From positions 1 to 27,196 of the forward strand of contig CALKOM010000185.1 in assembly GCA_938091905.1 (NCBI GenBank): 27,196 nt of DNA, written 5' to 3'. Source of the DNA: an uncultured Verrucomicrobiales bacterium. Its GTDB lineage: Bacteria > Verrucomicrobiota > Verrucomicrobiia > Verrucomicrobiales > DEV007. The first letter of the stretch is position 1. Every line of letters begins with the position of its first letter. Made by a program: the position numbers and the translations under genes. The notes beneath the pieces are model-generated. The model was not told where the DNA came from, did no database searches, and was given only the letters and a program-made list of their open reading frames with translations. This document shows positions 18,393 to 27,196 of the stretch, in pieces.

Positions 18393-19222
18393 TATTTGGT
18401 TCGTGGCATTACATAGGTGACGCCGGGAGGTTCGTGGTGAGTGGGAAGTTTTTGGCGCATGGCCTTCTTAACCTCGGCGTATTCTGGCTACCATTCCCTG
18501 CGATCTTTCTCGTGATTATAGAGTTCTTCGGTGCCGTTGGCGTAAGTGAGGTAGCGGTAGCGTTCGGATCGAAGGCTGTAGTTATTGTAGCCAAAAACCG
18601 TCAGGGAGGTTTTATCCCATGGGGCTTTAGGATTTTTCATCAGGACGGTGAGGTCCTTTCCTTTCAGCTGCCGTTCCGGGGGCTTGCAGCCAGTGAGGGC
18701 GGCTTGCCGCCAGTGAGGGCGGCGAGGGGCGGATAAATATCCAGCAGGTTCACCGGCTTATTGGTGGTTGTTCCTGGCTTGGTAATGCCTGGCGCCACCC
18801 ATAGGAGGTTAATCCACGTGGCTCGATCCCAGAGCGCGTATTTTCCCCAGCGTTCCCTTTCGCCTAACTAAAAATTATGGTTGCTCCACAACACACTAAA
18901 GGTGTTGTTAGCGTGAGGAGAATCCCCCAGCGGCCCGACGATCCAGGACTAACATGGCCCTATATCTCTGATCTTCTTCAGCCAGGGATTGTGCGCCATC
19001 TTGGCATGGGCGGTAGGCACATCTTCCAAATCGTATTCCCGGTAACCTCCCGGAAGCTCGATTTCCTCCAGGGGGGAATCGATCAAAGTATTTCTGAGGC
19101 GCGTCGTCGGGCAGATGAGGCTGGAAGATGTCGGCACCGAGAAAGAAGGGCTCCTGCAGTTTCCCTCCAATCAGTTTCTCTTTCGTCCAATTCGCAGTAA
19201 TTCTATCGGGAAGATCGCTCAC
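18392..19222 (-). pseudogene. Iduronate/choline-sulfatase-like S1 sulfatase pseudogene (C-terminal half only)
   Basis: Manual translation across frames: PFFLGADIFQPHLP..APQKYFDRFP / LEEIELP..DLEDVP / SPHANNTFSVLWSNHNF*LGERERWGKYALWDRAT..PVNLLDIYP / LKGKDL..SLRSERYRYLTYANGTEELYNHEKDRREW*. Stops at 18868-70 and 18488-90, a frameshift in the G6 run 19071-76, a 20-bp duplication, and no CxPxR half. Confidence 0.88.
18681..18720. repeat. 20-bp tandem duplication inside the sulfatase pseudogene
   Basis: GGCTTGCAGCCAGTGAGGGC / GGCTTGCCGCCAGTGAGGGC (19/20). Removing one copy restores the sulfatase frame. Confidence 0.9.
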
Positions 19223-20574
19223 AAGCGTTCACCTACCGTCTCACCGGAAAAGACTATGGCAGGCCCGATCACGCTTTCCGTGTGAAGGAACCGCCGACGA
19301 ACTACAATCCTGCCAAGTATCAATGAAACCGAAACACAAAGCCCATCATTCCTAATGGCAAGTTCGATTTGTTAGGGATCAACTGGGGCGGGGATCTCAC
19401 GGGCTATGGGACGCGGTGGGTGCTAGCAGACTGGGAGGAACGTGCAGAGATCGAGCAGATCTTTCGCAACTACGACCTTGGCTGGCTCTACTACATCCAA
19501 ACCGAAGGCGGCGAGACTAACATTAGCCGGAGAGAAGATGAGTTCACGGACAACGACAACCTTCCTTACCGGCTATACGTACGACAAGGGCGCCGGATCG
19601 AGGGACACTACACACTAACGGAGAGCGATCTTCACAAAGATCTTCGCGGCAACGGGCTACGAGGACCGCTCAATCCTGATTCTGTGGCCATCGGCATCTA
19701 TGGAATGGATGCACACAATGTCCAAGGGCCAACGTCTCGAAAGGAACCGCGCTCAGGTGACGGTGCCGCCGAGGGAACCCTACACTTATTCGATGTGACA
19801 GGGCCCTATCAAATACCTTATATGGTCATGGTTCCGAAACAACACCGCGGCATCCTTTTCCCGGTGGGCATTTCCAGCACCCGCGTTGCTATGTGCAGCG
19901 TCCGTATGGAACCCGTCTGGTCGGCGCTTGGACAAGCCGCGGGTGTGGCCGCCGCCTTAGCCGTTGAGCGTGGGGAACCTCTAGCTGGGGTGCCCGTCAG
20001 GCACATCCAGGATGCTTTGGTGAAACAAGGCAGTGTTTTGTTCTTCTACACCGATCTCCCCAAGACTACACCTGCTTTCGAAGCCGTGCAGAAATTGAGC
20101 CTCCTCGGCGTCTTTGAGAACTCGGATTCAGGTTGTTTCCAAACAAATGGCCCAGCCGCCAGCCTCTCGGATCTCAATAAGAAAGTCTACCGCTCTCGCC
20201 CGAATGATTCCGTTTCGCTTGGTGAATTTGCCAGAATGGCTGTACGTGGGTTACAAATTCCACTCAGCATCACTGCGGCTCAATTCAACGATGTACCGCG
20301 CAACCACGCAGCGTTTAAGTACATGGAGACCCTCTACGACCATTCAACCCAGTTTCAAGAGCCTTTCCTCGACTACGACGTGCAGAGAGAACCTGAGAAA
20401 AGTAATAGGGTGCTTGCTCGCCCCGACCAGGAACTCAGCAGCGAATACGCGACCAAGATTCTAACTGGTTTGCTTCGGAAGGAAGTGCCTTCATTGCCTA
20501 ATTCAAATGCCAGCTTGACCCGTGGCGAAGCCGCACAGCTAATCTATCAGCAAATTAAGCGCGCAGCGGAATAG
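19222..20574 (+). pseudogene. 5'-truncated FAD-dependent oxidoreductase (FAD_oxidored type) with C-terminal SLH-like segments
   Basis: The frame from 19222 reads QAFTYRLT...PPTNYNPAKYQ*(TGA 19324-26)...PNGKFD, then DEFTDN, LYVRQGRRI, DSVAIG.Y.MDAH, PYQIPY and SVRMEPVW..LGQAAG. SLH-like YTDLP...FEAVQKL, FNDVPRNH and LTRGEAA follow. The FAD-binding N-terminus is absent. Confidence 0.82.
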
Positions 20575-20842
20575 GCCTGACGCCATGCATGAAAAGTGCT
20601 CTTCATGGGGTGACGTTCCTCCACTTTGCCGGTCACCTTATCGGTGGCTTTGTAGCGATTGAGCGTGCGCGCAGTGAGGCGCTGGCCCGTTATTCCACCC
20701 TGGCCGGCAGGATGTTCAATTTCCCTGACTTCCCGCAGGTTCTTTTGTAGGGTCCGCGATCATTTGAGTTCATTGTTCCGTTCATATCTGTCATGTTTGT
20801 ATTGGTCGATCACGCCTCAGCATCTAATCTGTTCAGGCGTTG

Positions 20843-23452
20843 TTAGTCGGAGGGAGTTGTGAATTCCAGTACCGCCCGGACTGGCCGATGATCTGACAGT
20901 GGTTTCCCGTATTGTTTCCAGCTCACTTTGTAATTGGGCATTTCTTTATCTGTATGGGGAGGATTGAACGCGTTGTAGATGACTCCACCACCCGTGGCCT
21001 TTGCCCTGGAGGCGATTGAGAAATAGATGTGATCAATAACCCCGGACTCTGTTCCTGATTCAATGTGCTGATGCGAACTCAACTTGGCGGTATCGATACC
21101 AAGATCAGTCCACATGGACCGCATGCCTGCATCTTCGATGCTTGCTAATGAACTGTCACCAGGCACGTTGTTGAGATCTCCAAGAATCACGAGGTTCTTC
21201 GCCATCTCAAGGGCTTTGGGGAGCACCGATTGCGAGATGAATTCGGCGGCAGAGCCTTCCGTGTCTGGATGGCCGGGAATGTGCGTGGAGTAGACCAGGA
21301 TGGGAAGGCCGCGAACGAGCGTCTTAGCGCCGACAAGCGACGCAGGTGACCAGCCTTCATGGCTCGTTAATTCGATTTCATGGAGGTTGGTTAGCGGTGT
21401 TCGACTCAGGATTGATTTAAATTTGTCTTGGTGGTTGGCAGACGAGATCTCTCCTACATAAGCATGTTCCATTTCGAGAACACGCCCTACACGTGCTGTC
21501 CAATCGCCATTGGGAACTTCACTGAATCCGATGACATCCAGATCGTAAGGTTTGAACATCTCGCCAACGGTTTCGGGTTCGGCCCATATTCCGAAAAGTA
21601 CGTTGTAGGCAGCTAGTCGCACTTGGGTGGTGACTGACTCCACTTCAGGAACGCCCCCGCGCAATAATTCGACCTTTCCTCGTCTACTACCTTTGAAACA
21701 TTCGCCACGTATCACCGTGTTCGCGTCTAACCTGCCGATTCCATAACTAAAGTTGGTCTCCGCTTGTCCGATGAGCTTAAAGTCCTCGTCGGCTTTGAGA
21801 AGTCCGGGATTTTTCGGACTACCATAGCAACCAAACCACCAATAACCATCTATGTAGGCAGCCGTTTGAATTCCAAGCTTGGTTTGCTTACTGTGGAGAA
21901 CGTGGCGTTTTTGAAAGTTGAAGCCCTCGTCATATTCGAAGACATAGTTCTGTTCGTGGTTGCCTGGCAAACCTCCCACCACAACAAACTTACCATTGTT
22001 GTAGGCAATGCCTCCAGCCCCATGCACCAGTTCAGGAACGTGGTGCTTGTTCAACAGTTCGAGCGATGCCGCGTTGTAAACGTAAATCCAAGGATCTGAG
22101 GCGCCCGGCGGGTCATTGAATTCGCCAAATTCCACCGCCACATAAACCTTGCCATCATGAAGTGTTAGGTCCCCGTGATGATTTGGCACGCTCACTTGCC
22201 GGAGGATCTTTCCGCTGAGATCTGTCTTCACCAATTGAACGGTGTGAGACCAGTAAAGCGCTGTGCCGTCGGTGGCCACGCCTTGAAGGTGCCCGTCATA
22301 GCTGCCCCCACAGACAATCCAAGACCTTGCCCTGTCTAATTCGATCTCCCCAAGCTCGGTCGGGCCCGCTATCGGATTTGGTCGAGCAATGACCCCACTT
22401 TCGAATCGCACATCATAGCTGGATAAGCGGAGATCTGGCTCGGGGTAGTCGGTGCTCACAAACTGCGCTCCAGAAGCAAATGCCTTGTCTCGTTGAATCG
22501 GATCGTTCATTCGCGCTTGCGTCGTGTTTGCATCAGCGCGCGTGCGTACCATGAATCCCTCTCTAACAAGGCGTTGAATCCGATCATAATCACCAACCGG
22601 ATTGTTGATCTTGAACCATGCGGCAGCTGGATCCTCTTCATCCACGGACGCGAAGAGGAGACGACCGCGTAGTGAAGGATGCCCACTGACATAGCGATCA
22701 CGCACGGAGCCGCCATTATCGAGGGCAAACAGAACTTTGCCTCTTACGGAGTCTAACAGTGGCCAACCGTTGCTTTCGATCGCTTCTTTCAGTGATTCGG
22801 CGTCACCACGAACATCATCAGGAGCAAGAATCTCATCTTTCTGGAACACGGATAGTATTTCCTTATCGATGCCATCAAGTTGTTCTGCATCAAACTTGAG
22901 CGGCTTGACGCCGTCGGACCAGCCGGAAGATTCTTTCACTTCCAGGAGGACCATGATGGGAACATGACCAGGATGTGCTTTTGACCAGTCTCGGAGAGTG
23001 GTGAGGGCCTGCTTGAAAGTGAGAGATGTCGTGAGGAAATCGAAATCTGGCGAATGGATGATCTTTAGGCCAGGCTTTTTCAACACACCACTGGGATCGT
23101 GAGAAGGTCCCGGATTGCCGCCTTGATCTGTGATGAGCTTTCGCGCTGCTGGATCAGCAAAGAGACCGCCTTCAGGATCTGCATAGAGATCCCATTCAAA
23201 GTGTCGTACACCAAGGCGTCCAAGTTGCTCCTCAATCGGTTTATGAGAATAGGCAATCGAATCGGCAGCCTGGGCGTTCACTCCTTTGATCAGCTGCATC
23301 ACCTGTTTGTCAGGTTCCAGGTGGTAAGAGTTGTGCGTTCCGATCACTTGAATCTCGTTTAGCTTGACCGCGTTAGTTGTCGTTTGTGCGAGTGTGGGGA
23401 CCGCTGTTAGGCAGTTGAGGCTTAGGATGGCTAGAAAGGTCTTCGAGATCAT
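20843..23452 (-). CDS. Secreted fusion: Ca-dependent PI-PLC-like phosphodiesterase + putative beta-propeller + endonuclease/exonuclease/phosphatase (EEP) domain
   Basis: Signal peptide; IQVIGTHNSYH, LGVRHFEWDLYADP, MVRTRADA, GAQFVSTDY; YDGHLQGVATD..LYWS..HHGDL..HGAGG; LAAYNV, FSEV, THI, LGDLN, IDHIY, SDHRPV. Confidence 0.85.
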   Translation of the reverse strand: MISKTFLAILSLNCLTAVPTLAQTTTNAVKLNEIQVIGTHNSYHLEPDKQVMQLIKGVNAQAADSIAYSHKPIEEQLGRLGVRHFEWDLYADPEGGLFADPAARKLITDQGGNPGPSHDPSGVLKKPGLKIIHSPDFDFLTTSLTFKQALTTLRDWSKAHPGHVPIMVLLEVKESSGWSDGVKPLKFDAEQLDGIDKEILSVFQKDEILAPDDVRGDAESLKEAIESNGWPLLDSVRGKVLFALDNGGSVRDRYVSGHPSLRGRLLFASVDEEDPAAAWFKINNPVGDYDRIQRLVREGFMVRTRADANTTQARMNDPIQRDKAFASGAQFVSTDYPEPDLRLSSYDVRFESGVIARPNPIAGPTELGEIELDRARSWIVCGGSYDGHLQGVATDGTALYWSHTVQLVKTDLSGKILRQVSVPNHHGDLTLHDGKVYVAVEFGEFNDPPGASDPWIYVYNAASLELLNKHHVPELVHGAGGIAYNNGKFVVVGGLPGNHEQNYVFEYDEGFNFQKRHVLHSKQTKLGIQTAAYIDGYWWFGCYGSPKNPGLLKADEDFKLIGQAETNFSYGIGRLDANTVIRGECFKGSRRGKVELLRGGVPEVESVTTQVRLAAYNVLFGIWAEPETVGEMFKPYDLDVIGFSEVPNGDWTARVGRVLEMEHAYVGEISSANHQDKFKSILSRTPLTNLHEIELTSHEGWSPASLVGAKTLVRGLPILVYSTHIPGHPDTEGSAAEFISQSVLPKALEMAKNLVILGDLNNVPGDSSLASIEDAGMRSMWTDLGIDTAKLSSHQHIESGTESGVIDHIYFSIASRAKATGGGVIYNAFNPPHTDKEMPNYKVSWKQYGKPLSDHRPVRAVLEFTTPSD

Positions 23453-23723
23453 GTGTCAGATTCTTGAACGGTGGGTGTGAACGGTGGCGATGATGACACG
23501 GAATCGAGACGCCAAGCTAGCGTTGTTTGTTCTTATCGCACTGCTGCCGTGCTTTCAGGCTTGAACGGGCGATTGTTGTCTCAAGCCAGCACCTGCGCCC
23601 AGCAGACAACGAGGCGCGGGCCTATCTCGCCACGAACGGGAATACCGAATTGCCGCTTGGATTCATGAGGCTGGCTTGATCCAGGTGCTTGTCTCTTGTT
23701 TCGGAATGTGTCCAAATGTAGCA

Positions 23724-25175
23724 ATGAGACTCTGGTTCAGCCTCTTTGGGTGCCTTTTGTTATGGTGTGGTTTGGTGAATGCTCGAGACTCCAAAGATTT
23801 CAATGTAATACTAATCGTTGTCGATGATCTCGGATGGGCGGATCTTGGATGTTATGGCGCGGATCTGCACAAGACTCCTCACATCGACCGATTCTGCCAG
23901 AGCGCGATGAAATTCACCAAGGCTTATGTAGCGTCGCCCGTGTGCACGCCGACGCGAGCGTCGATCATGACGGGCATGCACCCGGCACGGTTGCACATGA
24001 CCATTTGGCATGAAGCGTCTGCGAATCCTCCTCAGGACAAACCGCTCATTCCTCCAGTCACGCGTGGAAACTTGGCATTGAGCCATACGACCCTAGCAGA
24101 GGTGTTTCACAAGGAAGGCTACGTCACGGCTCATCTCGGGAAGTGGCACTTGGGCACGGCTGGTTTCTATCCCGAACTCCACGGATTCGATATCAACATC
24201 GGAGGATCATTCTGGGGATGCCCGCCCACGTTCTTCTATCCTTATCGGGGCCCCTTCGGGCAGCGCAAGGAGATGCGCTATGTGCCAGGTATGGAAGGTG
24301 GTCATGAGGGGGAATACTTAACGGATCGCCTCACGAACGAAGCGATCCAGGTCATGGCCGAGACCGGTGGGAAACCGTTCTTTCTAAACATGTGCTATTA
24401 CACGGTGCACACGCCAATCGAGGGCAAGCCTGCTGTGGCAGCCAAGTACGAGGCTCGTCTTGACGAGAACATGCATCATCAGAACGCTCACTACGCGGCC
24501 ATGGTCGAGTCGCTTGATGAGAACGTCGGGCGTCTTCTCGACGAGCTCGAACGCCTGAAGATTGAGAAAGAAACCGTAGTGATTCTCACCTCGGACAATG
24601 GTGGCTTTGTCAATCAATGGCATGGGCAGAAAGTGACGAACAATCATCCTTTGCGCTCTGGTAAAGGGTCCCTATATGAGGGCGGCGTCCGAGTACCTCT
24701 GATGATTCGTTGGCCGGGCACGACTCAACCCGGTAGTGTCAGTCATGAGATGGTCACGACGTGTGATTTCTTTCCAACTCTGCAAGAGGCCCTTGGTCTG
24801 CCAACAGAGGAAATGCCCAAGTCGTCGGCGGATGGTCAGAGTCTCATGGCACTGCTAAAGGATCCTAGTTCTCATCTTCAACGAGACACACTTTTTTGGC
24901 ATTATCCTCATTACTATCCCACGACAGAACCCGTTAGCAGCATTCGATCTGGGGATTGGAAATTACTGGAATACCACCGAGATCAAAGGATTGAACTCTA
25001 CCATCTTGGTGATGATCTTAGCGAGTCACAGAATCTTGCGGTGAGGCAACCAACGAAGGCCGCCGCATTGCAGAAACGGCTGAGCGTATGGAGAGAAGAA
25101 GTCAATGCGCAGATGCCGCAGAAGAATGAACGTCATCCTAAGGAGCCTTACTCCAGTGGTGGGAGAGGCCAATAG
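23724..25175 (+). CDS. Formylglycine-dependent sulfatase (family S1, Cys-type)
   Basis: Signal peptide; NVILIVVDDLGW, CTPTRASIMTG (CxPxR), GKWHLG, YTVHTP, SDNGG, GKGSLYEGGVRVP and WHYPHY. Start moved to ATG 23724. Confidence 0.95.
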   Translation: MRLWFSLFGCLLLWCGLVNARDSKDFNVILIVVDDLGWADLGCYGADLHKTPHIDRFCQSAMKFTKAYVASPVCTPTRASIMTGMHPARLHMTIWHEASANPPQDKPLIPPVTRGNLALSHTTLAEVFHKEGYVTAHLGKWHLGTAGFYPELHGFDINIGGSFWGCPPTFFYPYRGPFGQRKEMRYVPGMEGGHEGEYLTDRLTNEAIQVMAETGGKPFFLNMCYYTVHTPIEGKPAVAAKYEARLDENMHHQNAHYAAMVESLDENVGRLLDELERLKIEKETVVILTSDNGGFVNQWHGQKVTNNHPLRSGKGSLYEGGVRVPLMIRWPGTTQPGSVSHEMVTTCDFFPTLQEALGLPTEEMPKSSADGQSLMALLKDPSSHLQRDTLFWHYPHYYPTTEPVSSIRSGDWKLLEYHRDQRIELYHLGDDLSESQNLAVRQPTKAAALQKRLSVWREEVNAQMPQKNERHPKEPYSSGGRGQ

Positions 25176-25393
25176 ATTGTGAATTGTAAAAACCCTCTCA
25201 TTGATGCATCGTTCAAGTTGTGTCCGATGGATCATGTTTCGAGCCCGAAGGAACTCCATCGATGTCGACAAAGGTTATCAGAAAGTGCCGGAGCAAGGTA
25301 GCTGGCTGAGATTTTTCAATCCTGGTGATTGAGCTGGCACAGAGGTGCCTGGGCACTGAGAGTGTTCTTCAGATGCCATTATATTCACCTTCC

Positions 25394-26317
25394 ATGACGA
25401 GACGTCGCTTTGCCCAAACGACTACAAGTATGGCACTCGCTGCCAGTGTAACCAAGAAGTTCGCTTTGGCCTTCGATGCCGAGGATGAACAGAACGAGGT
25501 CAAGGTCGGACTCATCGCGGATCTCCACTTCGGGAATCTTGCGCCCGATGGGATTGAGCGGTTCAAGGTGTTTCGAAAGGCGGTGGAGAACGAAAAGCCC
25601 GATCATATGGTCCAACTTGGCGATTTCTGCTTTGGAGAGCCGGCAGCCAAGAAGCTGATGGATGAGTGGAAGGCTATCAAGACTGACAAATACCACGTGC
25701 TTGGCAATCACGACATGGACAAAGACACCAAGGCCAGCATCCAAAAGTTCTGGGGCATGGAAAAGCGTTACTACGACTTCGATCAGAACGGTTGGAAGTT
25801 CATTGTCCTCGACATGAATCATCTGAAAAAAGGAGATGAGTATATTCCCTATGGGAACGCCAACTTCTACGTCGATGCTAGCATGCGCACGTGGGCCGAT
25901 CCGGAACAACTGACTTGGTTAAACAAGACTCTGGCGGAGTCCATGCTTCCTGTCATTATTTACACGCATCAACCCATTGGCCAGCGCCCGGACTCCCCAC
26001 AACAACGCCCGATACTTGCCATTCTCAAGAAGCACACCTCCACGCCGAGCCGCCCGAAGGTTCGCGCCGTTATTTGTGGCCACCAACACGACGATTGGCA
26101 CCGTGAGATTGATCGTATTCATCATGTCTGTATCAACAGCGCCTCCTACCTCTGGAAAGACCGGAGACCGTGGCCCTACCAAGAGGCTCTATTCACGTTC
26201 ATGGAGATCAAAGACGGAAACCTGACCCTAACCGGAACGAAGACGACGTGGAGAGAGCGCCCGGACGGTGTTGATAGAGTTCCCACCATTAGCGCCCGCG
26301 ACTTGCAGCTTGGATAA
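25394..26317 (+). CDS. Calcineurin-like metallophosphoesterase with Tat-like leader
   Basis: MTRRRFA leader; all five motifs present: ADLH, LGDF, LGNHD, THQP and CGHQH. Start moved to ATG 25394. Confidence 0.9.
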   Translation: MTRRRFAQTTTSMALAASVTKKFALAFDAEDEQNEVKVGLIADLHFGNLAPDGIERFKVFRKAVENEKPDHMVQLGDFCFGEPAAKKLMDEWKAIKTDKYHVLGNHDMDKDTKASIQKFWGMEKRYYDFDQNGWKFIVLDMNHLKKGDEYIPYGNANFYVDASMRTWADPEQLTWLNKTLAESMLPVIIYTHQPIGQRPDSPQQRPILAILKKHTSTPSRPKVRAVICGHQHDDWHREIDRIHHVCINSASYLWKDRRPWPYQEALFTFMEIKDGNLTLTGTKTTWRERPDGVDRVPTISARDLQLG

Positions 26318-26421
26318 ACAGGGGTGGGCTCACCTCATCTTCACGACTGGGTTCTGCGGTCGATAGCTCTGATTAGCTGCGTGTCGTTGACACCGCCTCC
26401 CGCGAGCGAATCATTCATTGT

Positions 26422-26556
26422 ATGCGGACACTCCTATTGGTTGTGCTCCTTCTCTCCAAGAATCTACGTGCTAAGGAGCTGGTGTTTCAAGTTGACTCCA
26501 AGGACGGTATCGCCAAGGGATGGAAGTGGATTCGCGAAGATTCCATGGAGTGGCGG
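26422..26556 (+). pseudogene. N-terminal stub of a secreted ConA-like (DUF1349/beta-xylosidase-C-like) protein, cut at the IS3 remnant
   Basis: Signal-like MRTLLLVVLLLS then LVF....DGIAKGWKWIREDSMEWR. Downstream sequence is the antisense of the IS3 orfB tail. Confidence 0.45.
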
Positions 26557-26559
26557 TCG

Positions 26560-27196
26560 GCGTCTGTGGGTCTCGATGACCTGACCCCTGGTTTAGAAGG
26601 CACTGCGTCTGGACGAGGCCTGTGAACCATTCACGGTTGAGCAGTTCATCTCGGAGCTTGTCGTGGAAGCTTTCGATCCAGGCCTGCTCCTAAGGAGATC
26701 CAGGAGTGATGTAGAGGGTGTTGATCTGTTTTGCTTTGAGCCAATCTTGTAGTTGGTAGGCCATGAATTCAGGCCCGTTGTCGCTCCGAAGGTGCGTGGG
26801 AATCCCGTAGATGGCCATCGGCTTTGCGATTACGGCAATGGCATCGGTAGCGCGGATAGTCCAGCCCGCGTGAAGGGCAAGGCATCGACGGGTGTATTCA
26901 TCAATTAATGTGAGGATTCGGAATCGGCTTCCGTTAGCCATTTAGTCAGAGACAAAGTCCCAACTCCAGGCTTCGCCCGGGCAAGTCGCAATTCGACGCT
27001 TGGTTTCCGTAGGTCCGACACGCCGCAGGCGGCGTTGGCGCTTACGCACCTGTAGACCTTCTTCTTCGCGAATGCGGCGGACGCGCTTGGCATTCACCGG
27101 TTCATTCTTCCGCTTTAGGAGTGCGGTGATCCGCCGATAGCCGTAGCGTGGCTTTTCTTTACTGAGTTCGATCACACGCTTGCGTTGCTGCTGTGA
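26560..27196 (-). mobile_element. Degenerate IS3-family (IS407-like) transposase orfB, running off the window
   Basis: A single frame reads PRYGYRRI..VNAKRV.R..WSWDFVSD*..LTLIDEYTR..RSDNGPEF..PGSP*EQAWIESFHDKLRDELLNRE (DDE residues visible). In-frame stops at 26942-44 and 26690-92. No terminal IR found; left boundary approximate. Confidence 0.92.

Noticed and set aside
19324..19326. Selenocysteine or readthrough TGA in the oxidoreductase
   Set aside because: The gene already lacks its N-terminus, the position is not an obvious catalytic Cys, and TGG>TGA decay is the simpler explanation.
18353..19355. Plus-strand ORFs 18353-18736, 18877-19200 and 19128-19355
   Set aside because: They are antisense or off-frame shadows of the sulfatase and oxidoreductase pseudogenes.
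25298..25310. GTAGCTGGCTGAG as a fifth REP
   Set aside because: It needs several indels to align and lacks the second hairpin arm.
2298..25393. Longer ORF-track starts (2390, 2298, 3684, 4471, 8175, 23676, 25325)
   Set aside because: The extensions overlap neighbouring genes or REP flanks, or precede clear signal peptides or domain starts.
26690..27175. Two IS3 ORFs as orfA/orfB joined by programmed frameshift
   Set aside because: Both pieces are orfB in the same frame, separated by nonsense codons.
1..27196. CRISPR array, tRNA or rRNA
   Set aside because: No regularly spaced repeat-spacer series or structural RNA signature was seen. The 22-bp repeats are dispersed or inverted REPs.

Overview
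Accessory region of a PVC-superphylum bacterium (most likely Verrucomicrobiota; inferred from gene content). It is dominated by secreted or periplasmic proteins: two DUF1549/DUF1553 + DUF1501 pairs, an S1 sulfatase, a SASA-type O-acetylesterase, a PI-PLC/propeller/EEP fusion, a Tat metallophosphoesterase, an acidic multidomain surface protein and a Cys/Met-lyase-family PLP enzyme with a Tat-like leader. Also present are a XylR-type regulator, a phytoene-desaturase-family oxidoreductase and a partial agarase-like hydrolase. Five decayed remnants are interspersed: sialidase, sulfatase, FAD oxidoreductase, a DUF1349-like stub and an IS3 orfB. Signals outside the ORF track are four copies of a 22-bp GTAG-type REP (two forming a REPIN) and a head-to-head deletion junction near 19220 that removed the 5' parts of two divergent genes. 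No rRNA, tRNA or CRISPR array was seen. Family calls come from motif recognition by eye, not from database searches.
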